From positions 8,311 through 72,310 of the forward strand of contig JAFSAM010000058.1 of assembly GCA_017441005.1 (NCBI GenBank): a stretch of DNA of 64,000 bases. Reading direction: 5' to 3'. Below the pieces are notes generated by a model that made no database searches, was not told the DNA's origin, and worked only from the letters and a program-made list of their open reading frames with translations. The stretch is from Clostridia bacterium (GTDB taxonomy: Bacteria > Bacillota > Clostridia > Oscillospirales > CAG-272). Position 1 is the stretch's first letter. Every line of letters starts with the position of its first letter. Positions 21,209 through 30,973 of the stretch are shown piece after piece. The translations under genes were made by a program, and so were the position numbers.

Positions 21209-22615
21209 TTAAGTTAAGTCCTGTACAAAAAGCTCGCGGACAGTGTTTGTATTTTCTTCTTTCTTGCCGCCGTTGTTGCGTTCAGCAAGGAACTTGGGAG
21301 CAACCTGTGGGAAGAGAGCGAAGGAAAGAACGTCTTCGTCTGATTTGGCAAGGTCTTTTGCCTCTTCGCGGTATTTCTCGAATTCGGGAGAGATAAGGTC
21401 TGCGGGACGGCAGGTGATCAATTCTGCGTTTTCGCCGAGAACCTTCTTACGCACTTCTTCGTTTACTTCGCCTGGAAGCTGACCGTATTCGCCGAGAAGA
21501 ACGCCCTTCGATTCCTTTGTAGCCATCTTGTAGCGCTCGCCGGTAAGAACGTTAAGCACAGCCTGGCTGCCTACGATCTGGCTTGTAGGGGTTACAAGGG
21601 GAGGATAGCCGAAGTCTTTTCTTACTCTCGGAACCTCTTCGAGCACTTCGTAGTATTTATCCTCAGCCTTTGCTTGCTTGAGCTGAGAAATAAGGTTACT
21701 GAGCATACCGCCGGGAACCTGATAGAGGAGGGTATTGGGGTCAACGTTAAGAACCTTAGGATCAAGGAATCCCTGTTCTTTAAGCTTTGCGGCAATTGTA
21801 CGGAAATGAGCCGCAGGCTTTGTGAGCAATTCAAGATCGATTCCTGTGTCATACTCTGTACCCTTGAGGGTTGCAACAAGTGCTTCCGTCGAGGGCTGAG
21901 AAGTACCGTTTGCAAGGGGAGAGAGTGCAGTATCGATTATGTCGACACCCGCCTGAATTGCCATAAGGTATGTCATTTCGCCGGTACCTGTGGTGTTGTG
22001 GGTGTGGAGGTGGATCGGAACGTCTACCTTCTTTTTCATTGCGCTTACAAGAGAGTAGGCATCGAAGGGAAGAAGGAGGTTTGCCATATCCTTGATACAG
22101 ATCGTATCAGCACCCATATTCTGAAGCTTGACTGCAAGATCAACGAAGTATTCCTCGCTGTGTACGGGGCTGACCGTGTAGCTGATAGCCGCCTCTGCAA
22201 TACCGCCGTGCTTTTTGGTTGCACGCATTGCCGCTTCCATATTTCTTGTATCGTTAAGAGCATCGAATATTCTGATAACGTCGATGCCGTTTTCGATGGA
22301 TTTTTTAATAAACATATCGACAACGTCGTCGGCATAGTGCTTGTATCCGAGAAGGTTCTGTCCGCGGAGAAGCATCTGGAGCTTTGTGTCGGGAAGGTGC
22401 TTTTTAAGAATTCTCAGTCTTTCCCAAGGATCTTCACCGAGAAATCTCATACAAGAGTCGAAGGTTGCACCGCCCCAGCATTCGAGAGACCAGAAGCCTG
22501 CTTCGTTCAAGTCCTTGAGGGCGGGGAGCATATCCTCGATCCTCATACGTGTTGCCGCCTGCGATTGGTGGGCATCACGGAGAATGGTATCTGTTATAAA
22601 AACTTTTTTAGACAT
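21209..22615 (-). CDS. oadA: Oxaloacetate decarboxylase alpha-type carboxyltransferase subunit (5S/PYC-OADA type, no biotinyl domain)
   Basis: FITDTILRDAHQSQAATRMR, ECWGGATFD and HLHTHNTTG match the HMGL-like carboxyltransferase domain. At 468 aa it lacks a C-terminal AMKM domain. Confidence 0.85.
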   Translation of the reverse strand: MSKKVFITDTILRDAHQSQAATRMRIEDMLPALKDLNEAGFWSLECWGGATFDSCMRFLGEDPWERLRILKKHLPDTKLQMLLRGQNLLGYKHYADDVVDMFIKKSIENGIDVIRIFDALNDTRNMEAAMRATKKHGGIAEAAISYTVSPVHSEEYFVDLAVKLQNMGADTICIKDMANLLLPFDAYSLVSAMKKKVDVPIHLHTHNTTGTGEMTYLMAIQAGVDIIDTALSPLANGTSQPSTEALVATLKGTEYDTGIDLELLTKPAAHFRTIAAKLKEQGFLDPKVLNVDPNTLLYQVPGGMLSNLISQLKQAKAEDKYYEVLEEVPRVRKDFGYPPLVTPTSQIVGSQAVLNVLTGERYKMATKESKGVLLGEYGQLPGEVNEEVRKKVLGENAELITCRPADLISPEFEKYREEAKDLAKSDEDVLSFALFPQVAPKFLAERNNGGKKEENTNTVRELFVQDLT

Positions 22616-22632
22616 AATAATTTACCTCGTAT

Positions 22633-23811
22633 TTAAGCAAAGAGTGCTATAAGTACGCCTGCCGCGATAGCGGAGCCTATAACACCCGCAACATTGGGAC
22701 CCATAGCGTGCATAAGTAGGAAGTTCCTGGGATCATCCTGCTGACCGACCTTCTGTGAAACACGGGCAGCCATAGGAACGGCAGAAACACCGGCGGAACC
22801 GATAAGGGGATTGATCTTCTTTCCCTCGGGAAGGAAGAGGTTCATAAATTTAGCGATAAGAACACCGATGGCTGTCGCACAAGCGAAAGCGATAACACCG
22901 AGCACTATGATCTTAATGGTTTCAATGTCAAGGAAGGTCTTACCTGTTGCCGTAGCACCGACTGAAAGACCGAGGAATACGGTAACGATGTTCAAAAGCT
23001 CGTTTTGAACTGTTTTTGAAAGTCTTTCGGTTACTCCGCATTCTTTAAGGAGGTTACCGAACATAAGTGCACCAATCAGAGGCGTAGCACTCGGAACGAG
23101 CAAAGCGACGAATATTGTCGTAATAATAGGGAACAAGATCTTCTGAAGCTTTGAAACGGGCTTAAGTGAGTCCATTCTGATCATACGTTCTTTTTTTGTT
23201 GTAAGAGCCTTCATAATGGGGGGCTGGATCACCGGAACAAGTGCCATATACGAATATGCCGCTACGGCGATTGCGCCCAAAAGCCAGGGAGCAAGCTTGG
23301 TTGTGACGAATATAGCTGTAGGCCCGTCTGCACCGCCTATGATACCGATAGAAGCAGCCGCATCGCCGGAGAAACCGAGAAGTCTTGCAACAAGGAATGT
23401 TATAAAGATGCCGACCTGTGCTGCCGCACCGAGAATAAGGCTTTTGGGGTTGGAGATCAGAGGACCGAAGTCTGTCATAGCACCGATACCGATAAATATA
23501 ATACAGGGATAAATACCAAGCTTTACACCGAGATACAACACGTCGAGAAGACCGACGTCACCGCTTCCGAATGCCGACCAATCAACGTGTCCGCCCGCAA
23601 AAATTTCTTCGTGGAATATTCCTGCTCCGGGGAGGTTAGTCAAAAGCATACCGATTGCTATAGGAAGAAGGAGAAGGGGCTCGAACTTTTTTGATATAGC
23701 AAGATAGCATAAAAGACAAGCAACTCCGATCATTATCAGATTCTTCCATGCACCGTCTTCAAAAAGAAGGTAAAAACCGGTATCCTTAAGGAATCCAATT
23801 ATATCTGACAT
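22633..23811 (-). CDS. oadB: Sodium-ion-translocating decarboxylase beta subunit
   Basis: Polytopic membrane protein with the typical OadB/GcdB/MmdB N-terminus (..[27 protein letters not shown]) and length of 392 aa. Operon context. Confidence 0.88.
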   Translation of the reverse strand: MSDIIGFLKDTGFYLLFEDGAWKNLIMIGVACLLCYLAISKKFEPLLLLPIAIGMLLTNLPGAGIFHEEIFAGGHVDWSAFGSGDVGLLDVLYLGVKLGIYPCIIFIGIGAMTDFGPLISNPKSLILGAAAQVGIFITFLVARLLGFSGDAAASIGIIGGADGPTAIFVTTKLAPWLLGAIAVAAYSYMALVPVIQPPIMKALTTKKERMIRMDSLKPVSKLQKILFPIITTIFVALLVPSATPLIGALMFGNLLKECGVTERLSKTVQNELLNIVTVFLGLSVGATATGKTFLDIETIKIIVLGVIAFACATAIGVLIAKFMNLFLPEGKKINPLIGSAGVSAVPMAARVSQKVGQQDDPRNFLLMHAMGPNVAGVIGSAIAAGVLIALFA

Positions 23812-23832
23812 TTATTAGACCTCCGCACAAAG

Positions 23833-24177
23833 TTATGCAAGTGTGCAGAGTACAGTGCCGGTTTCAACAGATGTGCCTGCCTGTACGTTTACCGAAGAAA
23901 CAGTACCGTCGGAGGGAGCCATAATTTCGTTTTCCATCTTCATTGCTTCAAGAACCATTACAACGTCACCCTTTTTAACAGCCTGACCGTTTGCAACGTT
24001 TACCTTAAGGATAGTGCCGGGCATGGGGGCGCTGATGGAAGTTGCGCCGGCTGCGGGTGCTGCTGCGGGTGCAGGAACTGCTGCGGGGGCGGGTGTGTTC
24101 TTTATTTCAGCCTTGTCAATTATTTCGAGAGTGATCTCATATACGTTTCCGTTTACGTTAACTTTGTAAGCTTTCAT
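23833..24177 (-). CDS. Biotin carboxyl carrier subunit of the decarboxylase
   Basis: Ala/Pro linker followed by the biotinyl domain with VLEAMKMENEI (biotinyl-Lys in AMKM). Confidence 0.88.
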   Translation of the reverse strand: MKAYKVNVNGNVYEITLEIIDKAEIKNTPAPAAVPAPAAAPAAGATSISAPMPGTILKVNVANGQAVKKGDVVMVLEAMKMENEIMAPSDGTVSSVNVQAGTSVETGTVLCTLA

Positions 24178-24195
24178 TTTTAAGTACCTCTTTAA

Positions 24196-24561
24196 TTATA
24201 TTTTTTTGAAAGATATTACTCTTATAGCGTTAATATCCGTTCCGTTTTCTTCAGCTACTGCAGCGCATATAGCCGCGATAAGCTCTTGTTTGTTTTCGAT
24301 CGTGTTGTTTGCGGGCTGTGGTGCTATTGTCTGTGCGGGGACTGATGCATTTGGTTCTTCAGCTTTAGGTGCTTTTCGGAAGGTTGCGTTCATCAAGTCG
24401 ACAAGTCCGATAAGCAACAAAAGTCCGCCAAACACGACAGCAATTCCTAAAAGAACCACAAGCCAGCTTGCGGGATCGCTTTTTTCGGGGGCCTGTTCAA
24501 GAGCTGTTTCGAGTTCTTTTACAGGAACCTCGGAAATCTGTGCGAGTAAGTAATTACCCAT
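24196..24561 (-). CDS. oadG: OadG-family small membrane subunit
   Basis: One TM helix (WLVVLLGIAVVFGGLLLLIGL). C-terminal ELIAAICAAVAEE..IRVISFKKI is typical of OadG-like subunits. First gene of the operon. Confidence 0.75.
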   Translation of the reverse strand: MGNYLLAQISEVPVKELETALEQAPEKSDPASWLVVLLGIAVVFGGLLLLIGLVDLMNATFRKAPKAEEPNASVPAQTIAPQPANNTIENKQELIAAICAAVAEENGTDINAIRVISFKKI

Positions 24562-24817
24562 AGAAAATTTGCTCCTTTTTATATATATTTTTTATATTTT
24601 TCTGAGAGATTTGGTAAAAGCCCAAATCAAATCCATTATATCACATATTTTCCTAAAAAACAGCAAAATCTTTATTGTTCAAAAAAAATTCACATTTTCT
24701 ATGCTTGTTACTATATTCGTATATTTATACAGATTTCTGAGGGAGACTTTTTTTGGAAAAATCTCAAAAATCTAAGGTTTTATGCGGTTTTTTTGAGTAA
24801 TTAACCCCTAAAAAGTA

Positions 24818-24846
24818 TTGACAAGACTGAATGAAAAATTTATAAT
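24818..24846 (+). promoter_or_regulatory. Sigma-A-type promoter of the aromatic amino acid operon
   Basis: TTGACA (24818-24823), 17 nt, TATAAT (24841-24846). Only ~33 nt lie before the pheA start. Confidence 0.65.
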
Positions 24847-24879
24847 ATTTTATTATAGTTTAATATTCGGAGAGAAAAA

Positions 24880-25968
24880 ATGAGTGATTTAAAAAAAGCG
24901 AGAGAGATCATTAACCGTGTCGATAAAGAAATGGCTGTTCTTTTTGAACAAAGAATGGATGCTGTAAAGATCGTCAGCGACTATAAAAAAGAAAACGGAA
25001 TCCCCGTAGAGGATCTTGGCAGGGAAGCCGAAATGATCGTTCGAAACGCGGAGTTGATTGAAAATGAGGAATATAGAGAGTATTACGTAAACTTTTTGAA
25101 AAATAATATCAAGCTTTCAAAGGATCTGCAGTACAGATTGCTTGACGGAATGAAGGTCGCATACAGCGGTGTCGAGGGTGCTTTTGCCAACATCGCCGCC
25201 TTGCGAATATTTCCCGCCGCAAAATGTGTTCCTTATCCCGATTTTAAGGCTGCATACCGAGCTGTTGAAAAGGGCGAATGCGACAGTGTTTTGTTGCCCA
25301 TAGAAAACAGCCAGAACGGTGATGTCGGAAACGTTCTTGATCTCGCTTTTTTCGGTTCTCTTTATATCAACGGAGTTTATGAGGCAGAGATCGTACAAAA
25401 CCTTCTTGCAAATGAGGGTGCGACACTTGAGACGATCAAGACGGTTATGAGCCATCCTCAGGCAATTGGTCAGAGCTCGTCTTTTATTGAAAAGCACGGT
25501 TTTTCGATAGAGGATGCCGTGAATACAGCAGTGGCGGCTAAGTTTGTTGCGCAGTCAAAGAGAAATGATATTGCCGCAATCGGCAGTGTTGAAGCGGCGG
25601 AAAAATTCGGACTTAGGGTTATTGCACCTCATATCAACGACAGCAATAGCAATACGACAAGGTTTGCCGTCTTCTCAAGATCTGCAAGAACGCGTGCGCT
25701 GTCCGACCAAAGATTTATTATGATGTTTACTGTAAAGAATGCGGCAGGCTCACTCGGTCGGGCGATATCTGTAATCGGTCAGCACGGCTTTAACCTTCGT
25801 GCATTAAAGAGCCGTCCCACTAAAGAACTTGTTTGGAACTACTTTTTCTATGTTGAAGGCGAGGGAAATATAGACAGCTGGCAGGGCAAGGATATGCTTG
25901 AAGAGCTTAAAGGCTGTTGTTCGGACCTAAAGGTCGTCGGTACGTATGAAAAAGAAATACACATATGA
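24880..25968 (+). CDS. pheA: Bifunctional chorismate mutase / prephenate dehydratase
   Basis: N-terminal CM type II helices (REIINRVDKEMAVLFEQRM). PDT domain (KVAYSGVEGAFANIAA, TRFAVF). ACT domain with LKSRPTK. Confidence 0.9.
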   Translation: MSDLKKAREIINRVDKEMAVLFEQRMDAVKIVSDYKKENGIPVEDLGREAEMIVRNAELIENEEYREYYVNFLKNNIKLSKDLQYRLLDGMKVAYSGVEGAFANIAALRIFPAAKCVPYPDFKAAYRAVEKGECDSVLLPIENSQNGDVGNVLDLAFFGSLYINGVYEAEIVQNLLANEGATLETIKTVMSHPQAIGQSSSFIEKHGFSIEDAVNTAVAAKFVAQSKRNDIAAIGSVEAAEKFGLRVIAPHINDSNSNTTRFAVFSRSARTRALSDQRFIMMFTVKNAAGSLGRAISVIGQHGFNLRALKSRPTKELVWNYFFYVEGEGNIDSWQGKDMLEELKGCCSDLKVVGTYEKEIHI

Positions 25969-25985
25969 TTTTTTAGAGGTCATTT

Positions 25986-26999
25986 ATGATTATTCCTGTA
26001 AAAACTAATAGCGGATCGTATAATATTTACCTCGAAAGAGGGGCACTCGAAAGGGCAGGACAGTATTTTGATCTTGACAGAAAAGTGCTTGTAGTTACGG
26101 ATTCGGGAGTACCCAAGCAGTACTCCGAAAAGATAGCCTCACTGGCAAAAAAGGCTGTTATATCAACATTTGAAATGGGCGAAAAATCGAAAAATATCGA
26201 TACCTTTACGAGCCTGCTCAAGGTTATGGTTGAAAATGGCTTTACACGTACCGACTGCGTAGTAGCTGTCGGCGGAGGAGTTGTCGGTGACGTCGCCGGC
26301 TTTGTGGCATCGGCTTATATGCGAGGTATTGATTTTTATAATATTCCCACAACAGTTCTGTCGCAGGTCGATTCCTCGATCGGCGGAAAAACTGCGATCG
26401 ATTTTATGGGAATAAAAAATATTGTAGGTGCATTCTATCCCCCAAAAGGTGTTCTTATCGATCCCGATACTCTGAAAACACTCCCCGACAGACAGATTTC
26501 GAACGGTTTATCGGAAGCTGTGAAAAGCGCTATGATCGGTGATGCTGAGCTTTTTGAAATATTTGAAAAATGCGATATTCACCAAAATATCGATACAATA
26601 ATCGAACGTTCTCTTTTGGTTAAGAGATATGTTGTCGAGACCGATGAAAAGGAGAGCGGACTGAGAAAAACTCTGAATTTCGGACATACGCTCGGTCACG
26701 CGGTAGAGTCCGCAAGTCAGCTTGATCTCCTCTATCACGGCGAATGCGTAAGCATCGGTATGGTTCCGATGTGTACTCCCGAGATACGTGAAAGGCTGTT
26801 GCCGATCCTCAGAAAATTAAATCTTCCTACAGAAACAGATCTTAAAGCGGATTGCCTTGTTGATGCCTTGAGACACGATAAAAAGGCATCTGGAGACAGC
26901 ATTACGGTAGTATTTGTTTCCGAGATCGGGAAGGCTGAACTGAAAAGGATGCCTTTTTCCGAATATGAAACTATGGTTAAGAAGGTGCTTAACAAATGA
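25986..26999 (+). CDS. aroB: 3-dehydroquinate synthase
   Basis: AVGGGVVGDVAGFVASAYMRGI..IPTTVLSQVDSSIGGKT and metal-site motifs HTLGHA..HGE.V. Confidence 0.92.
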   Translation: MIIPVKTNSGSYNIYLERGALERAGQYFDLDRKVLVVTDSGVPKQYSEKIASLAKKAVISTFEMGEKSKNIDTFTSLLKVMVENGFTRTDCVVAVGGGVVGDVAGFVASAYMRGIDFYNIPTTVLSQVDSSIGGKTAIDFMGIKNIVGAFYPPKGVLIDPDTLKTLPDRQISNGLSEAVKSAMIGDAELFEIFEKCDIHQNIDTIIERSLLVKRYVVETDEKESGLRKTLNFGHTLGHAVESASQLDLLYHGECVSIGMVPMCTPEIRERLLPILRKLNLPTETDLKADCLVDALRHDKKASGDSITVVFVSEIGKAELKRMPFSEYETMVKKVLNK

Positions 27000-28093
27000 A
27001 AAATACATTTGGTAACAACGTTACTTTAACTATTTACGGTGAAAGTCACGGTGGTGGGATAGGTGCTGTGATCGACGGACTCGCTCCGGGGCTTGACGTT
27101 GATATTGATTTTATCAACAAATTACTTGCTTTTCGCAGACCTATGGGTGCTATCTCTACTGCACGGCAAGAGGCAGACGAATTTGAGATACAGAGCGGTG
27201 TTTTTCAGGGGAAGACAACGGGAACTCCCATATCGATCTTTATAAAAAATACAGATACAAGGTCGAAGGATTATTCGGCTACCCGTTGGCTTGCAAGACC
27301 TTCACATGCGGATTATACCGCAAACTGTAAGTATCACGGATATGAGGATTACAGAGGCGGCGGTCACTTCAGCGGCAGAATTACGGCGGCGATCGTTGCG
27401 GCGGGGGCTATTGTTATTCCCGCTTTAAACAAAAAGAATATAAAGATCGGCACACATATTAAGGCGATCAACGGTGTATGTGACCGAGGTTTTTCCGATA
27501 ACATTTCTTCGGAATTGGATGTGCTTGCAGATAAGCATTTTGCCGTTCTTGACTCTGCTGTTGAAGAAAAAATGACTGCTGCTGTTTTGAACGCAAAGCA
27601 ATCGGGAGACAGCGTCGGAGGAATACTTGAAACTGCTGTTACGGGAATTGATCCGGGTATCGGAGAGCCTATGTTCGATACCGTTGAGGGAATGCTTGCT
27701 CACGCGCTTTTTGCAATTCCCGGAATTAAAGGCGTCGAATTCGGTGCGGGATTTGGTATTTCGACTATGACCGGCAAAGAGGCAAATGACCGATTTGAAG
27801 CAGTTGACGGAAAAGTACGCACAAAAACTAACAATTCCGGTGGAGTAAACGGCGGAATCACAAACGGTATGCCTATAGTTTTTCGATGTGCCGTAAGACC
27901 TACTCCAACAATTGGAGCAGAGCAAGATACAATAGATATGAGTAAAAAACAAAACGCCACTCTTATTGCGAAGGGAAGGCACGATCCTTGCATCGTACAC
28001 AGAGCAAGAATAGTAGTTGACTGTATAACTGCTTTGACTGTAGCCGATATGCTGGCGACAAGGTACGGAACGGATTGGTTGGCAAAACAATGA
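26996..28093 (+). CDS. aroC: Chorismate synthase
   Basis: GESHGGGIGAVIDG, RPSHADYTA, GGGHFSGR and GRHDPC signatures. ATGA overlap with aroB. Confidence 0.93.
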   Translation: MKNTFGNNVTLTIYGESHGGGIGAVIDGLAPGLDVDIDFINKLLAFRRPMGAISTARQEADEFEIQSGVFQGKTTGTPISIFIKNTDTRSKDYSATRWLARPSHADYTANCKYHGYEDYRGGGHFSGRITAAIVAAGAIVIPALNKKNIKIGTHIKAINGVCDRGFSDNISSELDVLADKHFAVLDSAVEEKMTAAVLNAKQSGDSVGGILETAVTGIDPGIGEPMFDTVEGMLAHALFAIPGIKGVEFGAGFGISTMTGKEANDRFEAVDGKVRTKTNNSGGVNGGITNGMPIVFRCAVRPTPTIGAEQDTIDMSKKQNATLIAKGRHDPCIVHRARIVVDCITALTVADMLATRYGTDWLAKQ

Positions 28094-29328
28094 TTTACGG
28101 ATGTATAGCGGAAAAGCTTGGACACAGCTTTTCAAAAGATATTCACAACAGACTTTTTGACTACAGCTATGAGCTTCGAGAGGTAGCGAAGGACGAGCTT
28201 GATTCTTTTATGAGAAACAAAGAATTCAAGGCGATCAACGTTACTATTCCTTATAAAGAGAGCGTTATTCCGTATCTCGATCACATAAGTGAGACCGCAA
28301 AGCAGGTAGGTGCCGTAAATACAATTGTTAACAATAACGGCATTTTGACGGGATATAACACCGATTTTTCCGGACTATGCGCTTTGCTTGATCATAACGG
28401 AATAGTGCTTAAAGATAAAAATGTGCTTATCCTCGGAAGCGGAGGCACGTCGAAAACTTCGCTTGCCGTTTCGCGACATTTACAGGCAAAATCAGTGTAC
28501 CGTGTTTCCCGCGAAAAAAGAGAGGGATGTATAACGTATGCCGAGTCGGTCGGGGTTCATTCTGATACGGATATTATTATCAACACAACGCCGGTGGGAA
28601 TGTACCCCAATATAGGCAAGTCGCCGATAGATATTGATTGCTTCCCAAATCTTACTGCGGTGGTCGATGCCGTGTATAATCCTTTAAGATCAAAGATCGT
28701 ATCCGATGCCTTGAAAAAGGGAATAAAGGCAGTTGGCGGTCTGTATATGCTTGTTGCTCAGGCGGCACTTGCTGCCGAAAAGTTTATCGGTCAGGAGGTA
28801 CCCGTTTGCGAGATCGACCGTGTTTACGGTGAGCTTATGGAACTGAAAACCAACATCGTTTTAATCGGTATGCCCGGAAGCGGCAAGTCTACCATCGGCA
28901 AGCTTCTTGCGAATGAATTGGGAAGATGCTTTATAGATACCGACGACGAGATCGTAAAGAGAGAAAAAAAGCCTATACCGCAGATCTTCGAGGAGGTTGG
29001 TGAAATAGGCTTCAGGCAGATTGAAAAAGAGGTCATTTTCGACGTTTCTTCCGTACAGAATGCAGTTATTGCAACGGGTGGCGGCGCTGTTCTCAACGAA
29101 GAAAATACGGATATTCTCAAGGAAAACGGCAAGATCTATTTTATTGACAGAGAGCTTGATTCTATTGCCGCGACGTCCGACAGACCCCTTTCAAGCAACA
29201 GAGAAGCACTTGAAAAGAGATACAAAGAACGATATCCGCTTTATTGCTCGCGATGCGATAAGCATATAAAAATATGCGACGATCCAGTAAGCAATATGCA
29301 AACAATAATAAAGGACTTCAAAAAATGA
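28090..29328 (+). CDS. aroE/aroK: Fused shikimate dehydrogenase / shikimate kinase
   Basis: N-terminal half MIYGCIAEKLGHSFSKDIHN..INVTIPYK..GAVNT..LGSGGTSK is AroE-like. C-terminal half LIGMPGSGKSTIGKLLA..FIDTDDEI is AroK-like with a P-loop. ATG 28090 overlaps the aroC stop (ATGA). Confidence 0.88.
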   Translation: MIYGCIAEKLGHSFSKDIHNRLFDYSYELREVAKDELDSFMRNKEFKAINVTIPYKESVIPYLDHISETAKQVGAVNTIVNNNGILTGYNTDFSGLCALLDHNGIVLKDKNVLILGSGGTSKTSLAVSRHLQAKSVYRVSREKREGCITYAESVGVHSDTDIIINTTPVGMYPNIGKSPIDIDCFPNLTAVVDAVYNPLRSKIVSDALKKGIKAVGGLYMLVAQAALAAEKFIGQEVPVCEIDRVYGELMELKTNIVLIGMPGSGKSTIGKLLANELGRCFIDTDDEIVKREKKPIPQIFEEVGEIGFRQIEKEVIFDVSSVQNAVIATGGGAVLNEENTDILKENGKIYFIDRELDSIAATSDRPLSSNREALEKRYKERYPLYCSRCDKHIKICDDPVSNMQTIIKDFKK

Positions 29329-29759
29329 AAATACTTGTTTTAAACGGACCCAATCTGAATATGCTCGGAACCAGAGAACCTCATTTATACGGAGACCGTA
29401 ATTATGAGAGTCTATGTAATATGATAAACGGTTTTGCATCACAAAAGGGCATCGACGTAGAAATATATCAGTCAAATCACGAGGGCTGTCTCGTGGACAA
29501 GATACAGCAGGCTTACGGTGTGATCGACGGCATTGTAATTAATCCGGCGGCATATACACACACAAGTGTTGCATTGCTTGATGCTTTAAAGGCTGTATCA
29601 ATTCCGACCGTCGAGGTTCACATTTCCGACGTGTCGAAAAGAGAGGATTTCAGACAGGTAAGCTACGTGCGAAATTATTGCGAAAAAACGATAGCGGGTC
29701 ACGGTTTTGACGGTTATATCGAGGCTATGGATTATCTTTTGCAAAAATACGGCGGCTGA
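29325..29759 (+). CDS. aroQ: Type II 3-dehydroquinate dehydratase
   Basis: MKILVLNGPNLNMLGTREPHLYG..QSNHEG..INPAAYTHTS. ATG 29325 overlaps the upstream stop. Confidence 0.93.
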   Translation: MKILVLNGPNLNMLGTREPHLYGDRNYESLCNMINGFASQKGIDVEIYQSNHEGCLVDKIQQAYGVIDGIVINPAAYTHTSVALLDALKAVSIPTVEVHISDVSKREDFRQVSYVRNYCEKTIAGHGFDGYIEAMDYLLQKYGG

Positions 29760-29764
29760 TTAAT

Positions 29765-30967
29765 ATGAAAGTAATTATAAAAAAATCAAAAGCTGAGGGG
29801 AAAGTTTATGCTCCCCCCTCAAAAAGTATGGCACACAGAGCTCTTATTTGCGGTGCTTTCAGTGATGGATCTGTTATAAATAACATTGATTATTCAAAAG
29901 ATGTTACAGCCACCATAGATTGCTTGAAAACAATGGGAGCAAAGGTTGAAAAAAACGGTAATACGGTAAAGATCGGCGGTTTTAAGCCCGATAATATCGT
30001 TGACGGAAGCGAGGTCTTTTGCAACGAAAGCGGAAGCACGTTGCGTTTTTTGATTCCGATATGCTTGCTTTCCGGGAAAAAAATAACGCTGAAAGGTTCT
30101 CCCCGTCTTTTTGAGAGACCCCTCGGTATCTATGAAGATATATGCAGAGAAAATAACTTTCTGTTTGAAAAAGGGTATGATCGTGTCACCCTCTGCGGAC
30201 GGCTTGAAAAAGGAAATTATACAGTTCCGGGAGATATATCGAGCCAGTTTATTACAGGTCTTTTATTTGCTTTGTCGCTTGTCGAGGGTGAAAGCACACT
30301 TATAGTTTCAGGTAAATTTGAAAGCGCATCATACGTCGATCTTACATTGGATGCAATGCGTTCGTTCGGTGTCAGTGTCGAGCGGAAGGATAACGTCTTC
30401 ACTATAGACGGCGGTCAAAAGTATTTGTCTCAAAACTATACTGTCGAGGGGGATTGCTCAAATGCTGCTTTTCTTGATGGATTTAATTACCTTGGCGGTA
30501 ATGTCGAGGTTATGGGAATCAGAGAAGAAACCTTGCAGGGAGATAGAGTTTATTCGGCGATATTCAAGGCTTTGAAAGACGGAAAAAAAGAGTTTGATCT
30601 TTCCGACTGTCCCGATCTTGCGCCTGTCGTATTTGCTGTGTCCGCATATTACGGAGGAGCTACGTTCAACGGCACGGCGAGACTGAAGATAAAAGAGAGT
30701 GACAGAGCGACCGTGATGGCAGAGGAGTTATCGAAATTCGGTATACAAGTTCGATTGCTTGATAATTCCGTTATCGTCGAAGAGGGCACAATTACAAAGC
30801 CCGATGAAATGATAAACGGTCACAATGACCATAGGATCGTTATGGCGATGTCTCTGCTTTGCTCTTTGACGGGGGGCGAGATATATGGGGCAGAGGCTGT
30901 CTCTAAAAGCTATCCCGATTACTTCGAGGTAATACAAAAACTTGGTGTTGAAATTGAAATAGGGTGA
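29765..30967 (+). CDS. aroA: 3-phosphoshikimate 1-carboxyvinyltransferase (EPSP synthase)
   Basis: PPSKSMAHRALI, NESGSTLRFL and DHRIVMA motifs. 400 aa. Confidence 0.92.
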   Translation: MKVIIKKSKAEGKVYAPPSKSMAHRALICGAFSDGSVINNIDYSKDVTATIDCLKTMGAKVEKNGNTVKIGGFKPDNIVDGSEVFCNESGSTLRFLIPICLLSGKKITLKGSPRLFERPLGIYEDICRENNFLFEKGYDRVTLCGRLEKGNYTVPGDISSQFITGLLFALSLVEGESTLIVSGKFESASYVDLTLDAMRSFGVSVERKDNVFTIDGGQKYLSQNYTVEGDCSNAAFLDGFNYLGGNVEVMGIREETLQGDRVYSAIFKALKDGKKEFDLSDCPDLAPVVFAVSAYYGGATFNGTARLKIKESDRATVMAEELSKFGIQVRLLDNSVIVEEGTITKPDEMINGHNDHRIVMAMSLLCSLTGGEIYGAEAVSKSYPDYFEVIQKLGVEIEIG

Positions 30968-30973
30968 TCATTA

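Noticed and set aside
21674-22636. 320-aa ORF antisense to the carboxyltransferase gene (also 22341-22652, 21243-21482)
   Set aside because: This is a shadow ORF opposite a strongly conserved enzyme gene. It has no RBS and an odd Cys/Arg-rich composition.
27425-28135. 236-aa and 141-aa minus-strand ORFs inside aroC
   Set aside because: These are antisense shadows of chorismate synthase. The same reasoning applies to 5265-5891, 16008-16580, 33848-34387, 62431-62934 and the other internal ORFs in the track.
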